DNA from: Candidatus Binatia bacterium
GTDB lineage: Bacteria > Desulfobacterota > Binatia > UBA9968 > JAJDTQ01
NCBI GenBank assembly: GCA_963666515.2
Contig: OY762897.2
Location: 1,728,001-1,792,000, forward strand
Reading direction: 5' to 3'
DNA: 64,000 nucleotides
Positions 1-11,722 of this stretch are shown one piece after another. The translations under genes and the position numbers were made by a program. Each line of letters starts with the position of its first letter. Position 1 is the first letter of the stretch. The notes under the pieces are model-generated. The model did not search any database. It was not told where the DNA came from and saw nothing but the letters and a program-made list of their open reading frames with translations.

Positions 1-2
1 CG

Positions 3-428
3 CGCCGCCAGCGCCGGCCGTTCCGCTCCATCTGCTTCTCCTCCCGGGAGACCGCCCTTCACGTCCTCGACCTGACCACGCGCCGGGGCGCCGAGGTCGA
101 GCCCGACAAGCTCATGGATCTGGCGGAACACTTCCCCGGCGGCGGCACGGACTTCGAGAAGCCCCTGGACGCGGCCCTGGAGTGCCTCGGGAAATCACGA
201 TATAAGAAGGGGGACATCGTGTTCATCACGGACGGCGAGTGCCAGGTGTCCGCGGAGTGGTCGGAACGGTTCCTCAAGGAAAAGGACCGGCTGAGCTTCT
301 CGCTCTTCTCCATCCTCATCGACGTGGGCCACAGCTCCCTGGGAACCTTGAAGGAATTCAGCGACCGGATCACCACCATTACGCAGCTCACGAACGAAGG
401 CACCAACGACCTGTTCATACGTTTCTGA
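3..428 (+). CDS. VWA-domain protein, C-terminal part (5'-partial; ViaA/YieM/CoxE-like)
   Basis: Frame open from the window edge; vWA motifs GGGTDF and DIVFITDGE. Confidence 0.75.
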   Translation, partial: RRQRRPFRSICFSSRETALHVLDLTTRRGAEVEPDKLMDLAEHFPGGGTDFEKPLDAALECLGKSRYKKGDIVFITDGECQVSAEWSERFLKEKDRLSFSLFSILIDVGHSSLGTLKEFSDRITTITQLTNEGTNDLFIRF

Positions 429-481
429 GGTCTGCCGCTCCGGCGGAACGGGCCTTGATTGAAAGATCATCGGAGAACCAC

Positions 482-1441
482 ATGACCCAAAAACTCAGCT
501 TCGGCATTCTGCTACCCACCCGCGGCGTGATCCTGGCCAAGACCGCGGTCCCGGACTTGAGCCCCGTCTTCAACCTCGCCGACGCGGTGGAGAAGGCCGG
601 CTACGACTCGGTGTGGATCGGCGACAGCGTCACCGCCAAGTCGCGGCTGGAGGTCATCAGCACGCTGGGGGCGCTCTCGGTCAAGACCGAGCGGGTGAAG
701 ATCGGCACCGCGGTGCTGCTGGCGGCCATGCGCAACCCGGTGGTGCTGGCCCAGGCCCTGGCGAGCGTCGACGTGCTGTGCGGCGGGCGCCTGATCTGCG
801 GCGTGGGCGTGTCCCGCAACGACAAGATGTTCGAGGAGGAGTACACGGCCTGCGGCGTCCCGTTCAACCAGAAGGCCGGGCGGCTCAGCCAGGTGCTCAG
901 GATCATGAAGATGCTGTGGGCCGGGGACGACGTCACCCACGAGAACAAGTACTACACCATTGAGAACATCTCGCTCCTGCCCAAGCCGGTGCAGCGGCCG
1001 GGAATCCCGCTGTGGGTGTCGAGCAACGACGTGGACAGCGGTCTCAAGCGCGTCGGCCTTTATGGCGACGCCTGGATCACCAACATCCCGTCGCTCCAGG
1101 TGTTCAAGGAGTCGCGGAAGAAGATGGAAGACTACGCCAGCGACGCCGGACGCAACCCCGACGACATCCACCGCTGCCTCTACCTCACCATCCACATGGA
1201 CCCGGACGCCGACAAGGCGCGGCGCGAGGGCGGCGCGTTCCTGGAAGCCTACTACCACAAGACCTACGAGCAGGTGGCCGCGCAGCTCGTGGTCAAGGCC
1301 GGCGGCACCAACGAGGTGGTGGACTTCATCAACGAGTACGCCGAGGCCGGCATTCAGACCTTCATCGTCCGCTTCGCGGCCAAGGACCAGTTCCAGCACT
1401 TGGACGTGTGCAGCGAGCACGTCATGCCGCACTTCCGGTAG
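482..1441 (+). CDS. LLM-class flavin-dependent oxidoreductase
   Basis: ATG at 482 after GGAG; AGYDSVWIGDS, IGTAVL, RNPVVLAQ, GGRLICGVG motifs. Confidence 0.88.
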   Translation: MTQKLSFGILLPTRGVILAKTAVPDLSPVFNLADAVEKAGYDSVWIGDSVTAKSRLEVISTLGALSVKTERVKIGTAVLLAAMRNPVVLAQALASVDVLCGGRLICGVGVSRNDKMFEEEYTACGVPFNQKAGRLSQVLRIMKMLWAGDDVTHENKYYTIENISLLPKPVQRPGIPLWVSSNDVDSGLKRVGLYGDAWITNIPSLQVFKESRKKMEDYASDAGRNPDDIHRCLYLTIHMDPDADKARREGGAFLEAYYHKTYEQVAAQLVVKAGGTNEVVDFINEYAEAGIQTFIVRFAAKDQFQHLDVCSEHVMPHFR

Positions 1442-1511
1442 CCGACAAGGCGTGTCCCCTGACGAATCACCACCGGATCACACCGCGGCGGGCCGGTTTC
1501 ACGGGGCTGAC

Positions 1512-2702
1512 ATGAACACTGATCGCGTGCTGGTGGCAGGCGCGGGGCCCGTGGGGCTGGTGGTGGCGGTGCACTTGGCCCAACACGGCGTGCCGGTAAC
1601 CGTGCTGGAGGCCGAACCCGACCTGCCGGAAACTCTGCGCGCCTCCACCTTCCATCCCCCGACCCTCGACATGCTGGAATCGACAGGGGTGCTGGACGAC
1701 TTTCTGGCGCTTGGGCTCAAGGCTCCTACGCTCCAGTACCGTGAGCGCGCGGGCTGCATCGCGGAGTTCGACTTCGGGCGGATCGCCGACGTCACCGCGC
1801 ATCCCTACCGGCTTCAGTGCGAGCAGTTCAAGCTCAACCGGCTGCTGTACGAGAAGGTGGCGACCCTGCCTGGAACCGAAGTGCTCTTCGCCAGCGAGGT
1901 GACCGCGGTGGAACAGACCGCAACGTCCGTTACCGCTGTCGTAACGCAAGGCGCCGCCACCCGGCGCTACCCGGGCCGCTACCTGGTGGGAGCCGACGGC
2001 GCCCGCAGCAACGTCCGCAAGACGCTGGACATCGCCTTCGACGGGTTCACTTGGCCGGAGCGGTTCCTTGTGGTGAGCACGCCATTCCGGTTCGAAAAAC
2101 ACTTCGACGGGCTTGCGCCGGTGAGCTACTTCGCGGACCCGGACGAATGGTTCTTCCTGCTGCGGATCCCGGGGCTGTGGCGCGTCATGTTCCCCACCCG
2201 GCCGGAAGAGAGCGACGACGCCGTGCTCAGCGACGCCAGCGTCGAGCAGCGTCTGCAAGGCGTCGTCCGCACCGAAGGGCTCTACCCGGTGGAACACCGG
2301 ACCCTTTACCCCGTGCACCAGCGAGTGGCCGCGCGCTACCGCAAGGGACGAGCGTTCCTCGCCGGCGACGCGGCCCACATCAACAATCCCCTGGGCGGCA
2401 TGGGCCTGAACGGCGGCATCCACGACGGCTACAACCTGGCGGAAAGGCTCGTGCGCGTGTGGCGCGGAGAGGCGCTGGACGCGGAACTGGACGGCTACGA
2501 GCGCCAGCGCCGCCCCATCGCGCTGGAGTACGCCAACGTCCACTCCACCCGCAACAAGCTGAACCTGGAAGCCCGCGACCCCGCGCGGCAGCAGGAATTC
2601 CGCCGCACCATGCGCGAAACTGCCTCAGACCCGGAGAAGTCCTACGAATACCTCTTGCGGATCTCGATGATCGCCAGCCTGAGACAGGCGGCCGGATTGT
2701 AA
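1512..2702 (+). CDS. FAD-dependent monooxygenase (PHBH/MhpA family)
   Basis: GAGPVG, GADGARS and LAGDAAH..P.GG.G fingerprints. Confidence 0.9.
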   Translation: MNTDRVLVAGAGPVGLVVAVHLAQHGVPVTVLEAEPDLPETLRASTFHPPTLDMLESTGVLDDFLALGLKAPTLQYRERAGCIAEFDFGRIADVTAHPYRLQCEQFKLNRLLYEKVATLPGTEVLFASEVTAVEQTATSVTAVVTQGAATRRYPGRYLVGADGARSNVRKTLDIAFDGFTWPERFLVVSTPFRFEKHFDGLAPVSYFADPDEWFFLLRIPGLWRVMFPTRPEESDDAVLSDASVEQRLQGVVRTEGLYPVEHRTLYPVHQRVAARYRKGRAFLAGDAAHINNPLGGMGLNGGIHDGYNLAERLVRVWRGEALDAELDGYERQRRPIALEYANVHSTRNKLNLEARDPARQQEFRRTMRETASDPEKSYEYLLRISMIASLRQAAGL

Positions 2703-2832
2703 CGGCATTCGGAACTTGGCAACGTTGCGCACCGCCCAAGTGCTTGACACACGGGTCGGCCAAAGTCAGATTAGCCTCTGGTCCGGCGTGGCTTCTTGCA
2801 GGACCCACGACCGCCTCTTCCAGGAGACCGCA

Positions 2833-3642
2833 ATGCCCAAGGTACTGACACAGGAGCAGGTGGACGCCTACCATCGCGATGGATTTCTGTTTCCCGTCCG
2901 CATCATGGACAAGGAGTCGGCGCGTGCGTTGAGGCGCAAACTGGAGGACGTGGAGCAAACCATCGGCGGCGAGCTTCAGGACCGTTACCGCATCAAGGCC
3001 CACCTCCCCTTCCCTTGGCTCAACGAGCTGATCCGCAACCCGGTGATGCTCGACGCGGTGGAGGACATCATCGGGCCGAACATCCTGTGCTGGGGCTCCA
3101 GCTTCTTTACCAAGAACGCCCACGATCCCCGGTTCGTTTCCTGGCATCAGGACACCACCTATTACGGCCTGCAACCGCGGGAGACACTGACCGCCTGGTT
3201 CGCGTTCACCGACAGCAAGGTAGAGAGCGGCTGTATGCGGGTAATCCCGGGCTCCCACGCCGGCGGCGCCCGCAAACACGTGGAGACCTTTGCCAAGGAC
3301 AACCTCCTCTCCAGGGGCCAGACCGTCGCGGATGTAGACGATTCCCGGGCGGTGGACGTGGAGCTGGACGCCGGGGAGATTTCGTTCCACAGCGAAACCG
3401 TGATCCATGGGTCCAATCCCAACCAGTCGGACGACCGGCGGCTCGGCTACTCCATCCACTTCATCGCCCCGCACGTTCATCAGACGCTGTTCGACCACGC
3501 CAGCGCGGCGCTGCTGCGCGGCGCCGATACACACGGCCACTGGGAGCCCGAGCCCGTGGCGAAACAGGACTTCGACCCGGAGTGCCTCGCCGCCCTGGAC
3601 CGGAACCACCAGCAGTACAAGGCCAACAAGCAGGGGGCGTGA
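2833..3642 (+). CDS. Phytanoyl-CoA dioxygenase family Fe(II)/2-oxoglutarate oxygenase
   Basis: SD AGGAG upstream; WHQD...HGS facial triad; RR motif near the C-terminus. Confidence 0.9.
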   Translation: MPKVLTQEQVDAYHRDGFLFPVRIMDKESARALRRKLEDVEQTIGGELQDRYRIKAHLPFPWLNELIRNPVMLDAVEDIIGPNILCWGSSFFTKNAHDPRFVSWHQDTTYYGLQPRETLTAWFAFTDSKVESGCMRVIPGSHAGGARKHVETFAKDNLLSRGQTVADVDDSRAVDVELDAGEISFHSETVIHGSNPNQSDDRRLGYSIHFIAPHVHQTLFDHASAALLRGADTHGHWEPEPVAKQDFDPECLAALDRNHQQYKANKQGA

Positions 3643-3648
3643 CGCCCA

Positions 3649-4497
3649 GTGTCTGAGAAAACATCAAAAGACAAGGTCGTGATCATCACCGGCGGTGCTG
3701 GCGGCATGGGCACCATCATGACTCTCGCCCTGCTGGAGGACGGTGCCCGTGTGGCGGTGGTGGACAACCGGGAAGAGCGGTGCCAAGCCATGGCGCGGAG
3801 CGCCGCAGGCGTGGCTGATGAAGGAGCGCTGATCACCCTCACCGCCGATATCACCAAGGCCGAAGACTGCGAGCGCGTAGCCGAAGCGGTGCTGGGCCGC
3901 TTCGGACGCGTGGACGCGCTGGTCAACGCCGCCGGCATCGGCATGCAGACCGTGCGTGCCAACTACATGAGCGAGCCGGTGCGTTTCTGGGAGGTGGAGC
4001 CCGACCGCTGGCAGTCCGTGATGGACGTCAACTGGAAAGGCGCATTCCTCATGGCCCGCGCGGTCACGCCGCACTTGGTGAAGCAAGGCTCCGGCCGCAT
4101 CGTCAACGTCACCACCAGCCTGGACACCATGTTCCGCGGCGCCTACACGCCCTACGGCATGTCCAAGGCCGCCCTGGAAGCGGCGTCGGCGAGTTGGGCG
4201 AAGGACCTGGAAGGCACCGGCGTGACCGTCAACGTGCTGGTGCCCGGCGGCCCCACCAACACGAGCTTCATTCCCGAGAGCGCCCCCTTCGACCGCAGCA
4301 AGCTGGTGCAACCCGAAGTCATGGCCGAGCCCATTCGCTGGCTCGTGTCCGACGCCTCTGAGGAGATCACCGGCTGCCGCTTCGTGGGCAACGACTGGGA
4401 TACCTCGCTGGAGCCCGACGAGGCCGCCAAGGCGACCTGCCGCCCGGCCGCGTGGCAGGACCTGTCCTCCCAGGCGGTATGGCCCGACCGGAAGTAG
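3649..4497 (+). CDS. Short-chain dehydrogenase/reductase
   Basis: TGGAGGMG, VNAAG and catalytic YGMSK; GTG start. Confidence 0.9.
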   Translation: MSEKTSKDKVVIITGGAGGMGTIMTLALLEDGARVAVVDNREERCQAMARSAAGVADEGALITLTADITKAEDCERVAEAVLGRFGRVDALVNAAGIGMQTVRANYMSEPVRFWEVEPDRWQSVMDVNWKGAFLMARAVTPHLVKQGSGRIVNVTTSLDTMFRGAYTPYGMSKAALEAASASWAKDLEGTGVTVNVLVPGGPTNTSFIPESAPFDRSKLVQPEVMAEPIRWLVSDASEEITGCRFVGNDWDTSLEPDEAAKATCRPAAWQDLSSQAVWPDRK

Positions 4498-4515
4498 TTT
4501 CCGCCTTGGCTACGC

Positions 4516-4631
4516 CCCGAATCGTCATTCCGGCGAAAGCCGGAATCCAGGGGTGGGGAGGGGCTGACGGCAGTGATTCCCCGCCCCACCCCCACCTGGA
4601 TTCCGGCTTTCGCCGGAATGACGATTCGGGC
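4516..4631. repeat. REPIN-like element: two inverted copies of CGTCATTCCGGCGAAAGCCGGAATCCAG (family A)
   Basis: Arms ~4516-4551 and ~4595-4631 are reverse complements, each internally palindromic; further copies at 26468 and 43379. Confidence 0.85.
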
Positions 4632-4813
4632 GTGGCGCCATGTCCGTAACCACGGAGAGTTTTGACACAGCCTCTTCCGCGGGCATGACGTTTTGGACGT
4701 CGGCAATACACCGTACCCTCCCGTTTTTGTTTGCCGTCGCCGACGGCTTTTGATAAGGGTCGGCCACGCGACGGGTTGGCGAGTCAACATTCGAAAAACA
4801 GGAGGGATGACCC

Positions 4814-5902
4814 ATGAAGGACTCGATGGAAACCAAGGAAACGAAAACGGGCGGGATCAACCGCCGCACTTTCATCGGCGGCAGCGTAGCGGCCGGGGCG
4901 ATGATATTGGGAGCGCCCTACATCGCGTCCAAGGCACGGGCCAAGACCAAGACCATCTACATCAACACCTGGGGTGGAAGCTGGGGCAAGGCGGAGGCGG
5001 AAGCCTATTACAAGCCCTACGAGAAGGCCTCCGGCATTGCGGTGAAGCCCGTCACGCCCGTGTCGTTCGCCAAGATGAAGGCGCAGGTCCAGAGCGGCCA
5101 CTATGAGTTCGACGTCGCCGGTATGGGACGGTCGGACTCTATCCGAGGGCTCAACGACAACCTGCTGGAGCACATTCACTACGACATCATCCGGCTCACC
5201 GACTATCCGCCGGACACCATCGGCTACAACGGCATCTCGCGCCATTCCATCTCCACCAACCTCGTCTACAACAAGAAGAAGTTCCCCAACGGCGGCCCGC
5301 AGTCCTGGGCCGACTACTGGAACGTGGAGAAGTTCCCGGGCAACCGGGGCGCCTACAAGGACGTCGCCCGGATGGTGCCGTTCGCGCTGCTGGCGGACGG
5401 CGTGCCCAAGGACAAGCTCTATCCCCTGGACGTGGACCGGGCCTTCAAGAAGCTCGACGAGTTGAAGCCTCACGTCAAGGTGTGGTGGCGGCGCGGCTCG
5501 CAGTCGGTGCAGCTCGTCCGTGACGGCGAAGTCGACCTGATGCCCATGTGGAACACCCGCGCCGGGGTGGCGGTGGAACAGGGAGTGCCCATCGAGGTGG
5601 TGTGGAACCAGGCCCACATGCGCCGGTCCAACTGGATCGTGGCGCGCGGCACCCCCAACGCGGCGGAGGCCTGGCGGTTCGCCCAGTTCTGCCTGAAGCC
5701 CGAAAACCTGGGCGTCTTCTGCCGCCTGATGAACACCGGCCCGTGGATCGCCGCGGCCTACGAGCACATCGACGAGAAGAAGGCGCGGATGATGCCCACG
5801 TGGAAGGACAACCTGCCGCTCACCTACCAGCCGGATCCGCTGTGGGTGGGCACCAACCTGAGCGCGCTGACCAAGCGCTTCAACCAGTGGCTGGCGACCT
5901 GA
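4814..5902 (+). CDS. ABC transporter substrate-binding protein (PotD/PotF-like), probable Tat signal
   Basis: INRRTFIGG twin-arginine leader; WGGSW, SWADYWNVEKFPG, DVDRAFKKLDELKP motifs. Confidence 0.88.
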   Translation: MKDSMETKETKTGGINRRTFIGGSVAAGAMILGAPYIASKARAKTKTIYINTWGGSWGKAEAEAYYKPYEKASGIAVKPVTPVSFAKMKAQVQSGHYEFDVAGMGRSDSIRGLNDNLLEHIHYDIIRLTDYPPDTIGYNGISRHSISTNLVYNKKKFPNGGPQSWADYWNVEKFPGNRGAYKDVARMVPFALLADGVPKDKLYPLDVDRAFKKLDELKPHVKVWWRRGSQSVQLVRDGEVDLMPMWNTRAGVAVEQGVPIEVVWNQAHMRRSNWIVARGTPNAAEAWRFAQFCLKPENLGVFCRLMNTGPWIAAAYEHIDEKKARMMPTWKDNLPLTYQPDPLWVGTNLSALTKRFNQWLAT

Positions 5903-5938
5903 GGCCGGAGGTCGATACGCGTTTCACCAGGGTGCACG

Positions 5939-5965
5939 CAGGGGCGGGTTGGAACCCCGCCCCTG
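5939..5965. repeat. REP-like hairpin (family B, GTAG/GCAG type)
   Basis: CAGGGGCGGG-loop-CCCGCCCCTG in the gap between SBP and permease genes. Confidence 0.6.
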
Positions 5966-6013
5966 AACCCCCGTGTTCCGGCGGCGCAGGCTCCCGCGTC
6001 CGGTCCGATTGAC

Positions 6014-6877
6014 ATGACGACACTTGCCGGCAGAAGAGCATTCAGGCCGTGGCGCTCACGCGCCAACCTTTCGGCCTGGACGCTTTCCGCGCCGGCAGTG
6101 CTGTTCATCGCCGTCCTGTTCGTCTATCCGCTGCTGGACGTCGTCGTCATCAGCTTCACCGACCCGACGCTGTCGCTCGTCCACTACCGGGAGTTCTTTT
6201 CGTCCCCACTCTATTCCAGGGTGCTGGGCAACACGTTCTGGTTCGCCTTCATGGTGACCGTGATCTGCCTGCTGCTGGGCTATCCCCTGGCCTACGTCAT
6301 CGTCCGTTACGGCGGCACCCTGGGCTTCGTGCTGCTGCTGGTGGTAGGCATGAGCTTCTGGACGAGCTTTCTGGTCCGCACCTACTCGTGGCTGGTGATC
6401 CTGGGCAGCAAGGGACCGGTCACCAAGCTGCTGGCCTGGATCGGCTTCGACCCGGTGCCGCAGATCCTGTTCAACAGCTTCGCCACCACCCTGGGCATGG
6501 TGCACATCCTGATCCCCTACATGATCCTGTCGATCTACGCGGCCATGCAGAAGATCGACCCCAACCACCTGCGCGCGGCCGCGAGCCTGGGCGCCACCCC
6601 GTTCCAGGGGTTCCGCACGGTCTTTCTGCCCTTGAGCCTGCCGGGCGTGGTCAACGGCTGCACGCTGGTCTTCATCATCTGCCTGGGCTTCTACGTGACG
6701 CCGGTGCTGCTGGGCGGACCGAGAGACCAGATGATCGCGGGGCTCATCGGCGAGCAGATCGAGGAGCTTCTCGAATGGGGCTTCGCCTCGGCCATGGCGG
6801 TGGTGCTGCTGGCGACCACCATGGCGCTGCTGGCCGTCTACAACCGGCTGGTGGGGCTGGACAAGCTCTGGGGATGA
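6014..6877 (+). CDS. ABC transporter permease (PotB-like)
   Basis: Multiple TM segments; GYPLAY and AAASLGA (EAA loop). Confidence 0.9.
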   Translation: MTTLAGRRAFRPWRSRANLSAWTLSAPAVLFIAVLFVYPLLDVVVISFTDPTLSLVHYREFFSSPLYSRVLGNTFWFAFMVTVICLLLGYPLAYVIVRYGGTLGFVLLLVVGMSFWTSFLVRTYSWLVILGSKGPVTKLLAWIGFDPVPQILFNSFATTLGMVHILIPYMILSIYAAMQKIDPNHLRAAASLGATPFQGFRTVFLPLSLPGVVNGCTLVFIICLGFYVTPVLLGGPRDQMIAGLIGEQIEELLEWGFASAMAVVLLATTMALLAVYNRLVGLDKLWG

Positions 6878-7659
6878 GTGCGCCCATGAACTTCCTGAGA
6901 GCCGTCGCCATCGCCATCGGCGCCTTCATCGCCGCGCCGATGTTCATCGTCATCCCCATGTCGCTCAGCGACTCGCCCTCGTTCGCGTTCCCGCCCACGG
7001 GCTACTGGCTCGGCTACTACCGGGCATATTTCACCAACGAGTTGTGGACGACGCCGACCATCAACAGCGCCATCATCGCCACCGCCACCATGTTCGTGAC
7101 CATGGCGCTGGTGGTGCCGGCCTCCTTCGCGCTGGTGCGCTTCCGGTTCCCGGGCCGCGGGACGGTGAACTTCCTGCTGATGATGCCGCTCATGGTCCCC
7201 CACATCGTGCTGGCGCTGGGCTACTACGCCATCTTCAGCCCGGTGGGCCTCACCAACAACCACATCGGCGTCATCATCGCCCATACCTGCGTGTCCGTGC
7301 CCGTGGCCTTCCTGATCGTGTCCGCCACGCTCAAGGGTTTCGACCGCAACCTCGAGCGCGCCGCCATGAGCTCGGGGGCCGGACCGCTCCGGACCTTTCT
7401 CCACGTCACCCTGCCGGTGCTGCGGCCGGGCTTCCTGGTGGCGTCGCTGTTCGCCTTCCTCCACTCGTTCGACGAGACCGTCATCGCCATCTTCATCGCC
7501 GGGCGCGACGCCTCCACCCTGCCCCGGAAGATGTACGAAAGCGTGCGGCTGGAGGCCGACCCGGTGCTGGCGGTGGTGTCGAGCCTGCTGTTCACGCTGG
7601 TGCTGATCGGCACGGCGATCGCCGCGGTGACGCGCAAGAGGCCGGTCCATGCCACTTGA
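6874..7659 (+). CDS. ABC transporter permease (PotC-like)
   Basis: ATGA overlap with previous gene; LERAAMSSGA and SFDE motifs. Confidence 0.9.
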   Translation: MSAPMNFLRAVAIAIGAFIAAPMFIVIPMSLSDSPSFAFPPTGYWLGYYRAYFTNELWTTPTINSAIIATATMFVTMALVVPASFALVRFRFPGRGTVNFLLMMPLMVPHIVLALGYYAIFSPVGLTNNHIGVIIAHTCVSVPVAFLIVSATLKGFDRNLERAAMSSGAGPLRTFLHVTLPVLRPGFLVASLFAFLHSFDETVIAIFIAGRDASTLPRKMYESVRLEADPVLAVVSSLLFTLVLIGTAIAAVTRKRPVHAT

Positions 7660-9757
7660 GCGGCTCCTCAAGCCGAAATCCATCGCGGTCTACGGCGCCA
7701 GCGAGAACCGCGGGCCGGGGCGGCGCATCCTGGAGATGCTCGACAAGCTGGGCTACGAGGGCACGGTCTACCCGATCAATCCCAGGTACGAGACGGTGCT
7801 CGGGAAACGCTGTTATCCGGGCCTCGATGACGTCCCCGAAGGCATCGACGCCATCGTTTTCTGCGTCAACCACCGGCTGGTGACCGAGCCGTTCCAGCTT
7901 GCCGCAGCCCGCGGCTACGGCGCCGCGGTGGTGCTGGACGGCGGCTTCGCCGAAGTTGGCGAGGAAGGCCAGAGGCGGCAGGACGTGCTGGAAGCGGCCG
8001 CGCGCGGCGCCGGCATGGCGGTGTGCGGCCCGAACTGCATGGGCGTGCTGAGCCCGCACAACCGCACCAGCCTCTACACCTCGAATCTGCTGCATCCCGA
8101 GAAGCTCCCCGGCAACGTCGCCATCGTCACCCAGAGCGGCTCCATCGCCATCGGGCTCCTGACCGACTGCCGCCGGTTCGGCTTCAGCCACGTGGTCTCC
8201 ACCGGCAACGAAGCGGTCACCACCACCGCCGAGTTCATCGAGTACCTGGCCGACGACCCCGACACCCGGGTCATCGCGAGCTTCACCGAAACCATCCGTG
8301 ATCCGGAACGCTACGTCGCGGCCCTGGACAAGGCCGCGGACCGCGGCAAGCCCGTGGTGGTGCTCAAGGTCGGGCGCAACGACCGCACGCGCCGGGCGAT
8401 CACCAGCCACACCGGCGGCCTCGCGGGCGAGGCCCGTGTCTTCTCCGAGGTGCTCAAGCGGCACCGCGCCATCGAGGTCGGCGACATGGACGAGCTGACC
8501 GAGGTGCTGGCCTGCTGCCAAGGCGAGCGCTGGCCCAGTGGACGGAAGCTCGGCGTGATGACGGCGTCCGGCGGACAGGCCGAGCTGATCCTGGACGTCG
8601 CCGGGGCTGCCGGCCTGCGGCTGCTGCCGCTGTCCGAAGACGGCCGCCGCGAAGCCGAGCGCGTCATCGGCCCCCTGACCGGCGACGGCAACCCCCTCGA
8701 TGCCTGGGGCGACGGCAAGTTCGACGTGAACATCCCGCACGGACTGAAGGTGCTGGAGGACGAGCCCGACGTGGACTCCATCGTCCTGGTGAGCGACAGC
8801 CGCGACGACTCGCCCATGGTCCCCACCCAGTACACGCAGTACCTGGCCGAGACCGCCCAACGGACAACCAAGCCGTGCTATTTCATGAACACCCGGCCGG
8901 GGCTCTTCCGGCAGGAGTTCGCCGACGCGCTGCACGTGGCCGGAGTGCCCACCATCGGCGGGGCGCGTCAGGGCCTGGGCGCCGTGGATCGTCTGGCGCG
9001 CTGGTCCATGCCGCAGTTCGATCTCCTGCCCGAGCCGCCGCCGACCGCCCGGGTCGCCGCTTGCCTGCGCAACGGCAACCCGCAGCGCTCCCTCATCAAC
9101 GAGGTAGATGCCAAGAGGCTGCTCGGCGAGGCCGGCTTGCCGGTGGTCCGGGAAACTATCGTGGCGTCGCGGGATGAGGCGCTACGGGCCGCTCGTGACA
9201 TCGGCTATCCTGTGGTGCTTAAGGTGGCGTCCGACGGCATCCCGCACAAGTCGGACCTGGGGCTGGTGGCCGCGGGTCTCGCAGACGAGGCGGGCGTGGC
9301 GAGCGCGTTCGACGGCATGGCGGCGAAACTGGAAGGGCTCTCGCCCCCGCCGGCCGATGCCGTGTTCATCGTCCAGGCCATGGTCCGGGACGCGGTGGAG
9401 TTGTTCATGGGGGTGAGCCGCGACCCCGACTTCGGACCGGTTTTGGCGTTCGGGTTCGGCGGCGTCCTGGTGGAGGTATTCGACGACGTGGCCCTTCGGC
9501 CGCTGCCGCTCCGCGACGGCGACGTCAATGCCATGATCGGCGAGACCCGGGGCCGGCGCCTGCTGGGCGGCGTACGCGGCCAAGCCCCTCGCGACGTCCA
9601 GGCGGTGCGCGAATGCCTGACCGCCCTCGGCGAGTTCGCCTGGGCCGAGCGGGACTCCGTCGCCGAAATCGACCTGAACCCGGTGATGTCGCTCCCCCGG
9701 GGCCAGGGATGCCTCGTGGTGGACGCGCTGATCATCCCGCGGGAGAACGACACATGA
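7649..9757 (+). CDS. Acetate/acyl-CoA ligase (ADP-forming) family, fused alpha-beta
   Basis: CoA-binding N-terminus (GPNCMG), phospho-His SHTGGLAG, ATP-grasp GYPVVLKV..HKSD and EIDLNP. Confidence 0.9.
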   Translation: MPLERLLKPKSIAVYGASENRGPGRRILEMLDKLGYEGTVYPINPRYETVLGKRCYPGLDDVPEGIDAIVFCVNHRLVTEPFQLAAARGYGAAVVLDGGFAEVGEEGQRRQDVLEAAARGAGMAVCGPNCMGVLSPHNRTSLYTSNLLHPEKLPGNVAIVTQSGSIAIGLLTDCRRFGFSHVVSTGNEAVTTTAEFIEYLADDPDTRVIASFTETIRDPERYVAALDKAADRGKPVVVLKVGRNDRTRRAITSHTGGLAGEARVFSEVLKRHRAIEVGDMDELTEVLACCQGERWPSGRKLGVMTASGGQAELILDVAGAAGLRLLPLSEDGRREAERVIGPLTGDGNPLDAWGDGKFDVNIPHGLKVLEDEPDVDSIVLVSDSRDDSPMVPTQYTQYLAETAQRTTKPCYFMNTRPGLFRQEFADALHVAGVPTIGGARQGLGAVDRLARWSMPQFDLLPEPPPTARVAACLRNGNPQRSLINEVDAKRLLGEAGLPVVRETIVASRDEALRAARDIGYPVVLKVASDGIPHKSDLGLVAAGLADEAGVASAFDGMAAKLEGLSPPPADAVFIVQAMVRDAVELFMGVSRDPDFGPVLAFGFGGVLVEVFDDVALRPLPLRDGDVNAMIGETRGRRLLGGVRGQAPRDVQAVRECLTALGEFAWAERDSVAEIDLNPVMSLPRGQGCLVVDALIIPRENDT

Positions 9758-10574
9758 CGGATTCGGAACAGGTGCTCACCTACCGCAAGGACGGCGACAT
9801 CGGCATCATCTCGCTCAACCGGCCAGAAAAGCGCAACGCCCTCAACCGGGCGCTTTCGCAGGCGCTGATGGAGGCCCTGGACGCGGCCGACCAGGACCCC
9901 GGCGTCACCGTCATCGTGCTGCGCAGCGAGGGCAAGAGCTTCTGCGCCGGCCACGACGTCGAGCGCAGCGATCCGGAGCGGGAAAAGGACCGCCACCATG
10001 CCATCCGCACGCACCACCGACTGAGCCGCGGGCTCAGGCTGGCCACCGCCATCTGGGACCTGCACACGCCCATCATCGCGTCCGTCCAGGGACACGCCCT
10101 GGGCGAGGGCTGCGTCATGACCATGCTCTGCGACCTGACCATCGCCGCGGAGGACGCCCTGTTCGGGGAGCCGGAAATCCGCTTCGCCGGGCCCGCCACC
10201 GCCATGATGATGCCCTGGGTCATCGGCCTGAAGCGCGCCCGCGAGCTGATCTACATGGGCGACATGATCGGTGCCGAGGAGGCGAAGGACATCGGCATGG
10301 TCAACCGAGTGGTGCCCGCCGACCAGCTTGAAGAGGCGACGATCAAATACGCCCGGCGTCTGGCCCTGATCGGCCCCGAGGCGCTCTTCTGCGCGCGGAC
10401 CGCCATCAACCGCATCCTGGAGGCACAGGGCATTCGCATGGCCTTCAACAGCTCGGTGGACCTCATCGCGCCCACCTACGCCACCGAGTCGCAGGTGCAC
10501 CGCGACTTCCAGGCCAAGGTCGCCGAGCTGGGGCTGGCGGGAGCCTTCAAGTGGCGGCGCGACCAGTTCAAGGA

Positions 10575-10578
<4 letters not shown>
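9754..10578 (+). CDS. Enoyl-CoA hydratase/isomerase family protein
   Basis: LNRPEKRNAL, FCAGHD, FGEPE; ATGA overlap. Confidence 0.9.
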
Positions 10579-11660
<1,082 letters not shown>

Positions 11661-11722
11661 TGTCAAGTCGCGCAAATGCATTATTCTTGAATTGACCGGT
11701 CTGACCAGTTATTGTGTGGCCC

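Noticed and set aside
239-481. Upstream extensions in the ORF track (for example 239, 960, 6049, 51410-53434)
   Set aside because: They overlap neighbouring genes; starts were reassigned using SD sites and domain boundaries.
2780-2800. Sigma-54-like promoter (GG...TTGCA)
   Set aside because: GG-to-GC spacing is 11 nt instead of the required 10.
4516-4631. Palindromic repeats as a CRISPR array
   Set aside because: Only inverted pairs, no regularly spaced direct repeats, no cas genes.
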